This document shows positions 12,137 to 25,900 of a stretch of 64,000 bases of DNA, piece after piece; within the stretch, counting starts at the first letter, position 1; every line of letters starts with the position of its first letter. The translations under genes were made by a program, and so were the position numbers. Below the pieces are notes generated by a model. It was not told the origin of the DNA. It made no database searches and was given only the letters and a program-made list of their open reading frames with translations. This DNA comes from Lama glama (taxonomy: Eukaryota), in contig CM052832.1 of the NCBI GenBank assembly GCA_028534125.1, positions 9,178,001 through 9,242,000 on the forward strand, given 5' to 3'.

Positions 12137-12275
12137 ATCTCTATCTACTGTAGTTGCAAAGCCAATGGCTTCTTTTTGTGTACAGTTAACAGCTTTCTGA
12201 AGAGTATAAATAACTTGTTCATAGGTATGCACCTCATCATTAAACAGCATGCAATAGTAAGTGTCACTCTTCTCT
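12137..12275 (-). CDS. UBR2: UBR2 exon 6 (139 nt, EKSDTYYCMLFNDEVHTYEQVIYTLQKAVNCTQKEAIGFATTVDRD; ClpS-like N-domain)
   Basis: CAG acceptor, GTAAGT donor; ClpS-homology motif LFNDEVHTY. Confidence 0.96.
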
Positions 12276-12582
12276 CTGTGGGATAAAACATTAATTATGT
12301 ATTATCTATTTACATATTATCTTGCTCCAGGCTGATTTATTAAAAGCACACTTTGTTTTAGGGAACATGCTAGGTACTGGGCACGTATGTATAACGAAGT
12401 CATCCCTAGTCCCCTTGCTCTATGACACTACTACATCATGTGTTGTAGATACTGGACATATAATTCCATGTGAACTGGCTTTTATCAAGAAGAGTAGAAT
12501 GCTAGAGTGGGATAAAATCAGTCTGGCAGTTCAGAGAACTTCCAGAGAAGTAACTTGAGATCCAAAGTCAGAATTAGCTATT

Positions 12583-12797
12583 GGTGGTGCTCAACCGGGG
12601 GCAATTCCTCTCTACCCTCCATACATGACCATTTGGCAAAGTCTGGAGACATTTTTGGTTGTCATGACTCGGGTGGGAGTGCCACTGTCACCTAGTGGGT
12701 AAGGGACAATAATGGTGCTAAAAATTCTACAATCTACTGGTCAGCACCCTTAATGTCTGCCCCAAAGCCAATAGTTCCAAGACTGAGAGATGCTAGG
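12583..12797. mobile_element. MER20-like hAT MITE
   Basis: catttggcaaagtctggagacatttttggttgtca signature. Confidence 0.75.
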
Positions 12798-14226
12798 CTA
12801 GAAGAAAGTGAAAGCAAAGGCCCTGAGGTGGCAAAGGTAAACACTGGGGGGCTGGAGCATAGGGAGGAAAGAAGATAGTGTGGAGAGAGGCAGAAATCTT
12901 AAAGACCCTGTAATGGATTTTGATTTTGCCATCTTAAGGGCAATTAAAGATTTGACACAATGAAATAGGAGCTATGGTCAGATCTGCCTTAAAGTTCACT
13001 TTGGCTCAGTGTGAGAATGAACCATGAGGGACAAAAGTAGATACAGCAGCCCAGTTAGGGAGGCCACGCTGTTCAAGGATGAAATTCATGTAATTTGGAC
13101 TAGGACTAGTAATGGGAGATGAAGAGAAACAGAACAATCTGACAGAGGGAGAACCAGCTGAAACTGAAATCTAAGTAGATAAAGGCAATTCAGGTTTTTG
13201 GGTGGATGAAATATCATTTACCAAGGTAGAAAAACATAACAAGAGACGCAAGTTAGATTCTTCTCTCTTCTGTGCTGGTGGTCCCAAATTTACAATGGAA
13301 CAAAAATAAAAACAAATTCTCTTCTCTAAGGACTTCTATTCTGTAAGGTCTAAATTTAAATCTTAGATTTAGATCTTAGTTGGTTCCCAACTTGAAATAC
13401 ATGAAGATAAAGTCATGAGGTATCGAAGTCATTTTCAACATTTCCAAAAAGGAATAACAACACCTCATTTTTTAAAAAAAACGTAACCCATGACCTAATT
13501 ATTTTGAATACTGTTGAGAAAGCAAAAAACAAACACCACCAATGTCCTTTGATCCTCACTTGTATTCAACCTTATCTATGAATACAATTCCAACAAGTTT
13601 GGTTAGAATTCAAAGTAAAACAGAAGGTTCTTTGAGGCAAGCACATTCATGCAGAAAAGCCCTTAACCTTAATACAGCTATGGTAGAATCCAGCTCTCTG
13701 GTCACAAATTTGCAACCTCCTCAATAGTCTAAGTACCAATGGTAACAATGTTAGATGTACACTAAAAGAAGCCCAAAGTGTAGAATAAATTTTGCAAAAA
13801 TTTAGAATCAAAATGGCTAAAATTTAACTTGTACATTTAATCAAACCAGAAAACCTCCTTATACCAAAGAGCTCATTCCCTAATCAAATCTAATGAAACA
13901 AAAAGAACTGAAGAGTTAATTTATCAATTTTATCACACAAAGAAGAGAAAATGTGCCTATGCTTGAACAACCAGTGCTAGAGCCTTGATATTGCTTAAAT
14001 ATGGCTATATGTCAACTAACTCAACAGGGAAAAACTGCTGCCAATTAAGTGGTCCACACATATTTAAAAACTATAAATTCAAGGTTATTGTTTTGCTGAA
14101 AATGAATTATTAAAAAAGATTATGTTCTTTCCAATTGTATTAAAGTTAATTTGAGAAATCAGAATCAAAATGGTTAAACTGAGTATGCACAGATACAAAT
14201 ACAAAGAATAAATGAGTTGCACTTAC

Positions 14227-14357
14227 ACCATCTCTAAATCTGGTGGCAATTCACTTTCTTTTTCCCAGGTTAGTATCTCTACAGCATACCGAAACATAAT
14301 AGCAAAAATGTTATAAGCTCTTGCTATCACATCTTCTGATAAATGCACAAGAGGATC
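14227..14357 (-). CDS. UBR2: UBR2 exon 5 (131 nt, DPLVHLSEDVIARAYNIFAIMFRYAVEILTWEKESELPPDLEM)
   Basis: CAG acceptor, GTAAGT donor; frame continuous. Confidence 0.96.
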
Positions 14358-16562
14358 CTGAAAGAAAGAACAGGGGAGAAAAATGCAACCATGTTAAATG
14401 CACGTATTCTTTTGTAACATTCTGCCTCCACCCCTCAAAATACTACTGTAAAAAGCTGGCTGATCTAACTTAAGCTTCTCTTCAATGTTACATCTCACCA
14501 AATCAAGCTTCCTAAAGCATTTTGTTCCAAATAATCCCAATGACTGAACTGACTGAACCAAAATATTCTATGGCACTCCGATGCCTAATGAAGAAATCTA
14601 AAATTTTAGAATGGCATTCCAGGATCTTTAAAACGCAACATCAAACCATGTTTACAGTTTCATATCCCTCTAACTCCCGATTTCCAGAATAAACAAAGGA
14701 ATGTTAGCTAAGGGCAGACAAGCAACATTTAGTTTTACAGGTATAAAGGAGAGCCTGAATTTGAGGGTTCTAAAGGGGAGAAGTCATTCTTGATGTTGTT
14801 AAGAATCACTCACTTTTAGCAGGACAAGCTGTGTATGCACATAACAGGGAACTCTGCACATTAGACTTAACAGCGAATGAGTCACTAAATTTCAAGGTTA
14901 ATGTAAAAAAGTATTACTATAAACATACACTAAGGATATCATGGTATCTGTCAGTCAAAGTTGGCAAAAATTTACACAATCTTTAATCTTAATGCTTTGT
15001 CTTCAATCTAAACACATTATTTAGCTTAATGGCTAAATAGTGTTATATTCATCTCTCAATAAGAAAATCAATATAGTCCAACAACATGGAATGGGAACCA
15101 GTATATCCTTGCCAATATACGTAAAGATAAAGAAAATATTTGTACATCCTCACCAAAGATCAGCTTAGTGGAACTAATATAAAACAAATGGAGAAGGAGA
15201 ATAACAAGAATGAAGGAAAATGGACAAAAATTCCTAAAGGAGACAAATCTAGGGTTTAAAGAATATAAGGAAAAGTAAAGTAAGAAAAAGATTTTTCGAA
15301 GTCTTACAGCCCCTTTTACCTACAACTCTTTTCAAGACTGCTTTGTATGTCCCATTAAACATTTTTTTCATCCTGCTAGCAAGGTTTGCTACTATTTCTT
15401 GGAGACTTTAGAAGTTTACACAGTAAAACCACCTGTTACAAAAAAGGTACTAGAACTGGTACCTTCTGGGGATTCATAAAAGAGTGGCTATTAATCATAA
15501 TATGAACCTCACATTGTACCAAAATAGAAAGTAGAACCAAAACTCAGTTTGCTTGGTGATATTATCTCATTATATAGTCATGCTACTTCTTATAATTATA
15601 CCCATAATACAAGATATTTAAAGGATTAAAGAATTATGATAAACAGGGTTTATAAGGATTAAATGGTCCTGGGACAGAAAAAATGGCCAACTCTTGAGAA
15701 TCCAAGCCAGTAGTGTTCAAATTCTGTTCCACAAAATCCCAGGGCCTGGTAAAAATGTTTCCTATTTGAAAAACACATCAGTTAAAAAATATGATTATCT
15801 GTATTTTAAAAATGGTAATATAAAGTACACTCTAAAATGTGTTATATTACATACTGGGGATCACCAACTGGTAATTTTGTTGCTACATTAACCCAGTTTG
15901 GGGCAGGCCTAGGAATATAGATTTTTCTGGCATCTTTATATACACATTAACTTCTTGAAAATAGTTACTGATTAAGAAATATTCCAATGAAGAGATGCTA
16001 AGCTGTGCAAGTCTACTCACATGCACAATGGAAAATTAAACCCTAGAAAAGACTTCTGCTCAAAGTGCTCTTACCACAGCATGAATCAGAATAAGTAAAT
16101 AAATGTCCATCTTATCCTATGTTGTATTATCTATTATGACTAATAATTATTCTTTGATGACATTTATGCCAGAGAATGCAAGCCTTTGTCAGTGAATCAA
16201 CTCTGATTTACTTTTCTTTCAAACTAGGATGGCCAGTACGCTGTTAAAAAGGTTACCTGTGGTTATCTTAGAAGACTGTGGGAATTATGGAGAAGTTTAA
16301 TCTTTTATGTGATACATTTCTATAATGTTTGAATTTTTAAAATGTAAAGATGTATTATAAAATAAAGAATTTAACCATTATCATATACAAATAAGGTATG
16401 AATGAGTTTCCTCCATACTGCCCAACTAAAACTAGAAATAAACTACAAACCAAACCAAACTAAGTCAGTCATGAATTTGACTTATAACAAATAAATAATA
16501 TATATTTCAACCTACAAAAAAATTAATTCATTAATAATACTGTTTTATTATTGGGATTTCTT

Positions 16563-16754
16563 TTTTCCCCATTTTTAAATTTTATATATTAAAAACACCT
16601 TTATTGTGGTATAATTCCTGTACAGTTAACTACACATATTTCAGATGTACAATTTGATGAATTCTGATAGATGTATACACCTATGAAACCACCACCACAA
16701 TCAAGATAGCTAACATTTCTATCACTCCCCAAGAGGTGCAAATTTCAAACTTAG
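16563..16754 (-). mobile_element. Short L1 insertion with chimeric 3' end (copy 1)
   Basis: Exact TSD tattgggatttctt (16549-16562 and 16755-16768); AATAAA and A-rich tail on the minus strand. Confidence 0.8.
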
Positions 16755-16864
16755 TATTGGGATTTCTTAATTAGAACGCTATTGAAAATAACAATTCCAT
16801 TGTTAAAAATACGTTTTTAAAAACCAGTATAATGTACTGTCAAGAGTTGTCTATACTAAGTTTA

Positions 16865-17030
16865 AAGCCCAGCTCCAGGACTTTCTGTGTGAGACACTTT
16901 GGGCAAGTTTCTTAATCTCTCTAAAACTCAAGCTTTTGCAGCTATAAAATATTGGTAACAGTGGTATTTACCTTATAGAGCTGTTCTAAGAATTAAATGA
17001 GATAAACCAAGTATAGTACTTAGCCTGATA
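16865..17030 (+). mobile_element. MIR
   Basis: Core ttgggcaagtttcttaatctctct...attaaatgagataa. Confidence 0.68.
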
Positions 17031-17669
17031 TTTAGCTGTGAATAACCACTGATCTACATTCAAAAGGGATTGAAAAGCAGCATTCTAAGTGAAAATTCCA
17101 GATAAAAAATTTTTCAGTGAAGTTGTTAATTCAGTTAACATTTGTTATTGAATAAAATTTCATTCCAAAAAGGATTTACAGCAACTCAAGAATACATTCA
17201 GTGTAATAAAACAGTATTTTAAAAAATGGATGTACAAAGGAGGTAAAATGAAAATAAAGGCAGGAAAATAAAATGAAATCAAAATAACATCTATTTATAA
17301 ATACAGATCATATAATTTCTTATACAGCTACTACAGACAAGCTGTTTTCCAGAGGCCCCCAACCAAAGGAAACATAATCAGTTTTCAGATTCACACCAAG
17401 AGAAGTAAAACATTTCCTAATGCAGAGATCTAAGAGAATTTTTTTTTTTACAGTTTTTATGAAGATCAACAAAGGAAACACTATACATAGTATGTGGTGG
17501 TTCTCAACTATGAGAGGTACCATCCCACCAGCCTCCCTACACACCCCCATGCTCAAGGACCCATATGGAAATTTGGTTGGCATTTATTATCGTCACAGTG
17601 ATGCAAGATGCTATTGCCACTTAATGAGTGGGAATCAGGTATAATAAACACAATTCTGACAGTGTATAC

Positions 17670-17966
17670 CTGGGGTCAGCAAATTTTCTGTAAAGAGTCA
17701 GAAGGTAAACATTTTCGTTTTTGCAGGTTATAAGGTCTCTGTCATAGCTAATCAATGTTGCTGTTTTAGTAGAAAAGCAGCTATCGACAATACATAGACA
17801 ATTAAGCATGGCTGTGTTGCAATAAAATTTTATTTATAGACAATGAAATTTGAATTTCACATAATCTTCACATGCCACAAATTATTATTCCATTGATTTT
17901 TCCGACTATTTAAAAATATAAAAACCATTCTTGGCTTACGGTGGTGCCAGAGTTTGCTGCTCCCTG
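17670..17966. mobile_element. MER58B-like hAT MITE nested in a MER20-like element (~17495-18030)
   Basis: TIRs ctggggtcagcaaa / tttgctgctccctg; 8-bp TSD-like gtgtatac / gcctatac. Confidence 0.8.
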
Positions 17967-18599
17967 GCCTATACAACAAAGAAATATCCCATCACAAATG
18001 TCAAGAGTTAAAAAGACTTGTGGAAATTCTAAACATCCCAACAAAAGTATATAACCAAGTTTTTCCAACTTTTTCTTAAGATGAGGGCTGAATGTATAAC
18101 AAAAAATTATATTCAATAAAAATTCTATGACAGACTAAAAAAGTACATTACAAATATTATATAGCTTTCTTACATTTCAAGCACAAAACATAGAAAACCT
18201 AGTTAATACATAAATTTAGAAGTGGGGACCAGGTATGCTAAACATAATGCTAACTTTTTAGTATCTTATAGTCTTATTTTTGAAGACGTCACTTCTCTTA
18301 ACTGAATTCTTAAATAGGAATTAAATGGCAGAGTCTGGAAGTTTTATTCTCTGTCAGGTTGCTAGAGTATATATTCTCCAGGCAGGACCATATAATTTCA
18401 GACAGGTAATTCTGCTGGAATCTTAAAATTCAGGAAATTAACCGAAGTCTTCACTATTTGACAGCTACTTCACCAATGTATGAGGATAAAACCAACAGAG
18501 TAACTGCAGGCAGTTTCATAATTTTTCTTGGAAAACTATTTTGTCTACTCTAGAATAAGGATAAAAGATAACATAAGTCCTAGTTTTTCTTTTTAAATA

Positions 18600-19720
18600 A
18601 TTTATGGAAGTGAAATATAATTTAACCTGTGAAAATAATTTATTCACGAACATAAAATAAATGATTTTAAAGCAAACAATCTGCTGGTACATTTATAATG
18701 CTGAGCCATGACTAGCTCTATCTAGTTCCAAAACTATCACTTCAAGTAAAACCTCTTACCCCTCTTACCCATTAAGCAGTTTTCCTCCATCCTTCCCATT
18801 TGGAGCCCGTGGCAATACCAGTCTGTGTTCCGTGTCTACAGATTTATCTATTCTGGATATTTCATATAACTGAAATTATATAATATGTGACCCTTTGTGT
18901 CTGGCTTCTTTCATTTAGCATGATGTTTTGAAAGTTCATCCACCTTACAGCATGTTATCAGTACTTTATTCTTTTTTGCAGCTGAGTAATATTATACTAT
19001 AATGTATATACCACAATTTGTTTATCCACTCATACACTGATAAAGACATTTTGGCTGTTTCCACCTTTTGGTTATTGTGAATAATGTTGCTACTAACATG
19101 TGTGTGCATGTACTTATTTATTTATGTTTAAAATTTTTTAATGCTTTTTTTTTAATGGGGGGAGGTAATTAGGTTTGTTTATTTAATGCAGGTACTGGGG
19201 ATTGAATCTAGGACCTCATGCATGCTAGACATGCACTCCACCACGAAGCTAAGCCCTACCACTTTGAATGTACTTAGTCAAATACTTGTTTTCAATTCTT
19301 TGGGGTATATACTTAGAAATGAGATTACAGGTTTATATGGCAATGCTTAACACTTGAGGAACATTTTCCCAGTGCTAAATCATTCTGCATTCCCACTAGC
19401 AATGTACAGGGTTCCAATTTCTCTACATCTTCCTCAGCACCTACTTGCCACTTTTTTGATTATAGCCATCCCAGTGGGTGTGAAGTGATATCTCACTGTA
19501 GTTTTGATTTACGTTTCCCCAATGACTAATGAGCATGTTTTCATGTGTTTGTTGGTCATCTGTATTATACCTTTGGAGAAATGTCTATTCAAGTCTTTGC
19601 TCATTTTCAACTGCATTGTCTTTTTGTTGTTGTGTTGTAGGATATATATTCTGGATGCTAGACACTTATTAGATAAGATTTGCAAGAATTTTCTCCCATA
19701 GTCTGTAAGTTTTATACTAG
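18600..19720 (-). mobile_element. L1M 3' fragment
   Basis: ORF2 remnant [27 protein letters not shown]. Confidence 0.82.
19145..19260 (-). mobile_element. tRNA-derived SINE (Vic-1-like)
   Basis: tRNA-like head plus the shared AAACCTAATTACCTCCCC tail. Confidence 0.85.
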
Positions 19721-20820
19721 CTTTCAATTTTTTAAAAAAGCAAAACCCTTTTTTCCAAAATACATCTTTGTCTTGTTTGTATTTTTATATATAGAATGCC
19801 AATCCAATATATAAGAGATAAAACTGGAGTTGCTCCAGTTGAAGTGGAGAAATCTGAAACACTAACCACTTGGCATTTCTCTGCAGCAAATCCTAGAATA
19901 CTTGCACAAAACAAATGAAACACAAATACATATGTTTTCTCTAGCACTGAATCATTTTGCACAAATTTTCTTCTGTCCAAAACACAGTGGAACACAGTCT
20001 AAAAGACACTGTCCTACATGAGAAAGGATTTGGTCACTCTGTTAAAATATCTGAGACCTGAAGATATGTGCACCACGAAGGACTACTAATGTCCACTTGT
20101 CCCATATCTATATCAGACCTACTAACAGTGCAGAAGTACTTCAAATGTGCCCATTTCTCTGCCATTCAAAATTAAAATCTGAAATAAGGATCTTAAACAT
20201 AAAATTGTCACAAACAACAGAGTTTCAAGTATTTATTTACAGCGAGCCCACTGAATCATTACAAATATCATTTAGAGAAAAATAATGAAGGATAAACAAC
20301 AATTTTAGAAAGCACATATTTACAGCTGGAATGAGTAAAATTTGTCCTGAGCTATCCCCTTGGTCCTATTACATGTCCGGTGACTGCTTTATCAGGAGAT
20401 GATGATTAGCGCTGGCTGTCATGTATGGCTATAGAAAAGAAAGGTATCTGGCCTACAAAGTCTTAGTTACAACACAAATAAACAAAAACCAACTAAGTTA
20501 ACTGGTTTACATGTATAGGAAAAATAATCCCTTTAATAATAAATGAGGACTTAAAAAAACTTGATATATGCTTAAAATAAAACAAATGAAAAGATCTGAA
20601 TTAAATTAAATTTCTAGAATTTCAAGTGTGTACTACTAGTAATAATATGGCATCCACAAAATGCAAAAACTTTTGAAGTATACTTGGTCACTGCTAATAG
20701 TGAGAGGACTATTTTACTTATCCATTTATATATTATAATCTAATTTCTATGTCTGAAATATTTCAAACTTGTACTTAAAACAGTATTTCCTTAAAAACAA
20801 CTTTGTGAAAATGTTTTTAC

Positions 20821-20934
20821 CTCTTCTTCCTCAATTTCAGAGGTGTTAAGTTCATGTTTTTGACAGTAAGGACCCTCTTTCCAAGCTTCAGTATCACCAC
20901 AGTCACAGAAACCTCCACCTCCTGATGTTGTCAT
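20821..20934 (-). CDS. UBR2: UBR2 exon 4 (114 nt, [38 protein letters not shown])
   Basis: AAG acceptor, GTAAAA donor; UBR-box signature [10 protein letters not shown]. Confidence 0.97.
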
Positions 20935-22785
20935 CTTGAAAAAAAATTGTAAAGTATCTTGTCAATAACTATTTACTTAGCGCTATCAGATTATAAATTT
21001 AAGACTATCAAGTGCTAAGGAAATAACATTACTAAAGTGTTTAATCTTTTTGGAGGGATAAAATTAAATAAAATGCCAAACCTCTCAATGTTTTAAAGCT
21101 TATTTTAAATAAGCCTATAGGTTAATTTAAGCAATTTCAAAATAATATAAGCTACTTTGTAATGTCTACTAAGCTATAGCTACTTTAAAGAGGTAAAATA
21201 TGCCCACTTACATGACTCCCTTAATTAGGAAAATCTGAGGGTGTTCCTGTGAGGTTTTGGCTAAACTGGCATAATGCTGGTATCTATGCTACCAGGTTAT
21301 AGTGCTATAATATAATAAAACAGATTCCTATAGCTGCATCTTCCACAAGAGTCTAGTAAGAGTACTTCATTTGCATTAGAGAAAGTGACCAATAAAAACT
21401 ACAGAAATTGTTTATTTTTCTTTTCTAGCACTCTCTAAGTAGCATTCTTTGAAAAGGAAGGAAGCTCAGGAAATACAAATGTGGACTGCCTGGTCATAAA
21501 ACCTTTACCACCTGTGGAGTTCAAGAATTATTCATGTTTCCTTAAGATACAGCAATAATTCAAGGAATCTGGCAAGACAAACCTACTATTTAATAATTTG
21601 TAGACTAAAAATTCTGCTTTTCAAAAAATACTATGAGAGAGTTTATGAATGCAAATTTTAGAAAGAGCCTTTTATATTTTGCCCAAAGAAAGTATCTCTG
21701 TGTTACATATCACAAGGTAATTAATGTAAACCCATGAATGATGATTATTTAGGGACTGCAAAGATATATGTTAAGAAACATGGGCAAGCAGCCATATGGA
21801 AAATGATACCTTCACCTTACAGCTTTTATGTGTGTCCTGATTACCAAAGATAGGTAGAACAGCTTAAAGGAAACTAGGATTCTCCTACTAATTTATGAAA
21901 ATAAAAAGAACATGCAAAAATATGTATTTAATTTTGCAGTTGCTTTAGGTCACTGTTATCAATACTTGAGTAGAGTGAATAAAAACAAACAGGAGGAAAA
22001 GTCCAACAGGGCTCCTGAATTTCTAAGACTGCAATATTTCCTTCTCTATAATTTTATTTGAGATTAGGGTGGAAAGTTCCAGTTATTAACAGTTCCCTAA
22101 ATTTCTGAATGTTCATGGCTCTGTCTTCAATTTCCAGTAGAGGAAGTAGGACAGGCTTAGCAATAATCTGCCTCTGTATTTCGTATCCCTGACTTAAAAG
22201 CAAACGTACTCGTATTTTGGAAAAGTGCTGATTGCATTACAGCAGTAGAAAAATAATAAAGTTGGTTAGTCTTATGTTCTGGAGTTGGCCTTCTTCTACA
22301 CTGTAACAGATGCTTCTTTAATATTGAGAAATGACAAATCTGTCTGTAGAATTGTACACCAATTGATAAAACATTTCTTAAACGTACAATCCTGTTACTT
22401 TTCCTTACTTTTTTCACACTTCCTCTCTTCAGAACCTCCCAATCACATTTTAACTCTCACCTCTATCCTCTTTTTGATAACCTGTTTCATAAACCTAGAA
22501 TTATGAGGATAACAAACACTGAAAAATAGTGAAACAAACTAGTTGAAAACCAATACTGGAAGAGCTGCTATCTGTGTTGTCTTTCTTAAACCATGTGTTC
22601 CATGAAATCTGGATTCATAATTCATCTCTACACTGCCATTGTACGTTGAACAGTTTTTAAATAACACATTTCTTAAACCATTCTTCCCCTGTTTCAGTGT
22701 TAAATCTTGGAACTTTGAAAAGGAAGAAAAGATATCTAGTATAAAATTCAGTACTAGGTATGGTTATTATCTGGATATTACCAAC

Positions 22786-22864
22786 CCTATATCGATGGTC
22801 TCTGTGAATACTTCCCAAAAAGCACTCCATGCATAAAACACAAGTTGGATCAACTGCACAGTCT
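22786..22864 (-). CDS. UBR2: UBR2 exon 3 (79 nt, [29 protein letters not shown] box)
   Basis: CAG acceptor, GTTGGT donor; completes the phase-2 codon from exon 2; Cys/His ligands present. Confidence 0.96.
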
Positions 22865-22954
22865 CTGTAAAGTTAAAGGGAAAAAAAAATCAGAGTGTCA
22901 TAAAATAACTGTATATTTTACAACATAGTATTTCAAATCGGAATCCATCCTAGA

Positions 22955-25900
22955 AGAGCCGGAACAGTGAAGTCACAGGGCAAACTGCTACCCCAAATTG
23001 GGGAGACCAACAGGTGAATACAGATAATCACAACTTATGAGAGCAGAAACCCACTAGCACAAACCTCCACAGGAACCAGTGCTGAGGTACGGAAACCTGA
23101 ACTGTAATTAATGAATTGTTGGAGGCTTAGTGTTGACAAGTTTGAGAGATTAAAAGTTCCAGGGGACCCAGACATTGGGAGCCCCCACACTTTGGTGAGT
23201 TTTATTTCCTGGAGTTCTACTAGGTTCTCACAGTGAATATCAGAGAAAAATCCTCTATGCTTCCAGCAAAGGAAGGGTAAAAGGAACCATTTTGAAATAT
23301 GCCAGAGCATTCTGTTCTTAAGAAAGTCTGCCAGGAGAACAAACTAATCGGAGCCCAACCTGCTAGGGTATTATCAGTCAAACTGACCTGGAAAAGGGAA
23401 ATCACCCAATTCCAGCCCACTCTAGCCAACTTTTCCCAGCTAAAGGGGGAATGAAGGGATAAACACTGTGAAGCTCACAGCCCAGATGCACAGGCTCACT
23501 AAAATACTGAGACCTAATTCACAAGACAACAGAATGCTTCCCCTCTCCAACATTATCACTATATTATTAAAGGACTATTTACAAGAGTTCTTTTTACCCA
23601 GTATATCATATGCTTAAAGATCAAGAAAAAAATTATAAGACATTCTAAAAGGCCAAAAAATAAAATTTGAAGAGACAGAGCAAGCACAAAATCAGTCTTA
23701 GATATTAGAATTACCAGACTATGACTAATATGCTAAGGGCTCTAATTGATACAATAGACAGCTTGCAAGAACAGATGGGCACTATAAGCAAAGACGGAAA
23801 TCCTAAGAAAGAACTAAAAAGAAATGCCAGAGATAAAAAACACCAAAACAGAAATGAAAAATGCCTTTGATGGGCTTATTAGTGGACTGAACATGGCCGA
23901 GTAAAAAACCCTCTGAGCTTGCGGATATCTCAATAGAAAGCTCTAAGACTGGAAAAGAAACAGAGAGAAGACTGGAAGAAAAGCAGAACAGAGTATCTAT
24001 GAACTGTGAGACAACTATATGGTTTAACATATGTATAATGGGAATACAAGAAAGAGGGGAAAGAGAGAAAAGAATAGAATACTTAAAACAATATTTACTG
24101 AGAACTTCCCTAAATGAATGTCAGGCACCAAACCACAGACTGAGAAACGCTCAAAGAACACCAAGTGAAATAAATGCCAAAAAATCCATATACCTATCAT
24201 GTCATTTTCAAACTACAGAAAATCAAAGATAAACAAAAAATGCTGAAAGAAGCCAGAGGAGAAAAACATCTTAACCTACAGAGGAGTAAAGGTAAGAATT
24301 ACATCTGACTTCTCAGAAACCATGTAAGCAATAGGAGAGTGGAGCAAAATATTTGAAGTGCTGAAAGAAAAAAACTCTATCAACCTAAAATTCTGTATCT
24401 GCAAAATTATCCTTCAAAAGTGAAGGAGAAATAAAAACTTTCTAAGGTAAACAAAGTGGACCTGGATTAGTTGTTAAGTATCAAATTCTAGGGCAACCAC
24501 CGAAAAAGATAAATATGTATAACAGACTGATACGCTATGAAAAGAGTAGCTATTTTAACATCTGATAAAATAGACCTTAAGACAAGGACAATGACAAGAA
24601 TTAGTAAAGGACATTGATATTCCATAATGGTAAAGGGGTCAATATATCAGGAAGTCATAACAATTATAAATATCTATGTACGTGGCTAATAAAAGAGCTT
24701 TTAGATACACAAAACATTAACTAATAGAACTAAAAGAAGTAAACAAATCCACAATCACATATGGAGAATTTAATATCCCTTTTTCAGTAACTGAAAGACT
24801 AGTCAGTACAAAAGACCTGAATGGCACAATCAACCACCTTGTCCTAATTGGTATTTATAGGTTATGATGTCCAACAACTGCAAAATACACCTTTTCAAGT
24901 GCATATGGAATATACAAGACTGCAAGATTGACCATGCTACTAAGTCACAAAACAGGTTTCAATAAATTTCAAGATTGAAACCTTACAGAATATTCCATTG
25001 CGTTAGAAATCAGTTACAATATGGTATCGAGGAAAGCCCCAAATATATGAAAATTAAACAATGCATTTCTAAATAACCCATGGATTAAGGAACAAAATAG
25101 GAGCACATTAAATCAAAAGTAAAAAGAAGAAGAAGAGCAGAAATTTTTTTAAAAAGATGAAATATGTACAACTTTATGCCAATAGATTGACATTATACAA
25201 TGAAATAGTTCTTGAAAAGTACAATGTACCAAAATTGACACAAGATGAAATAAAGTTCCAAATAACTCTAGTAAGTATCAGATAAATTTAATTTGTTATC
25301 AAAAACTTCCTCCAAAGAAAACAGCAGGACTTGGTTTGTTTTACTAAAAAATTCTATCAAACATTTAAGGAAGAAACCATTTTGATTTCAGACAAATTCT
25401 TCAAAAATACAGGAAAATGGAATACTTCCCAAGTCATTTTATAAGGCTAGCTTAACTGTGATATCAAAACCAGATAAAGATATTACAAGAAAATGACAGA
25501 CTGGTATATTTCATGGAATACAGACATAAAAATTCTTAATATGACATTAGCAAATTGAATCCAGCAATATATAAATGTTATACTATATCATACTCAAGTG
25601 AGGTTTATCTCAGTAATGAAAACCATTTGAAAAATCAATCAATGCAATCACTAATGAAATAAAAAAGGAAAATTATGATAATCTCAATAGATGCAGTAAA
25701 GCACCTGACAACATTTAATAGTCATTTATAATATTTTAAAAAACTTCAGCAAACTAGGAATAGAAGCAGACTAGGAATACTCATTGAGATAAACGGTGTA
25801 TATGAGAAAACTACGTAACACTGTACTTAATGGTAAAAGACTGAATGCCTTTCCCCTAAGACTGGGAACAAGGCAAAGATGTCCTACTTTCACCAGTGCA

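Noticed and set aside
19822..19840. Hairpin aactggag-ttg-ctccagtt
   Set aside because: An 8-bp stem is expected by chance in 64 kb and has no supporting context.
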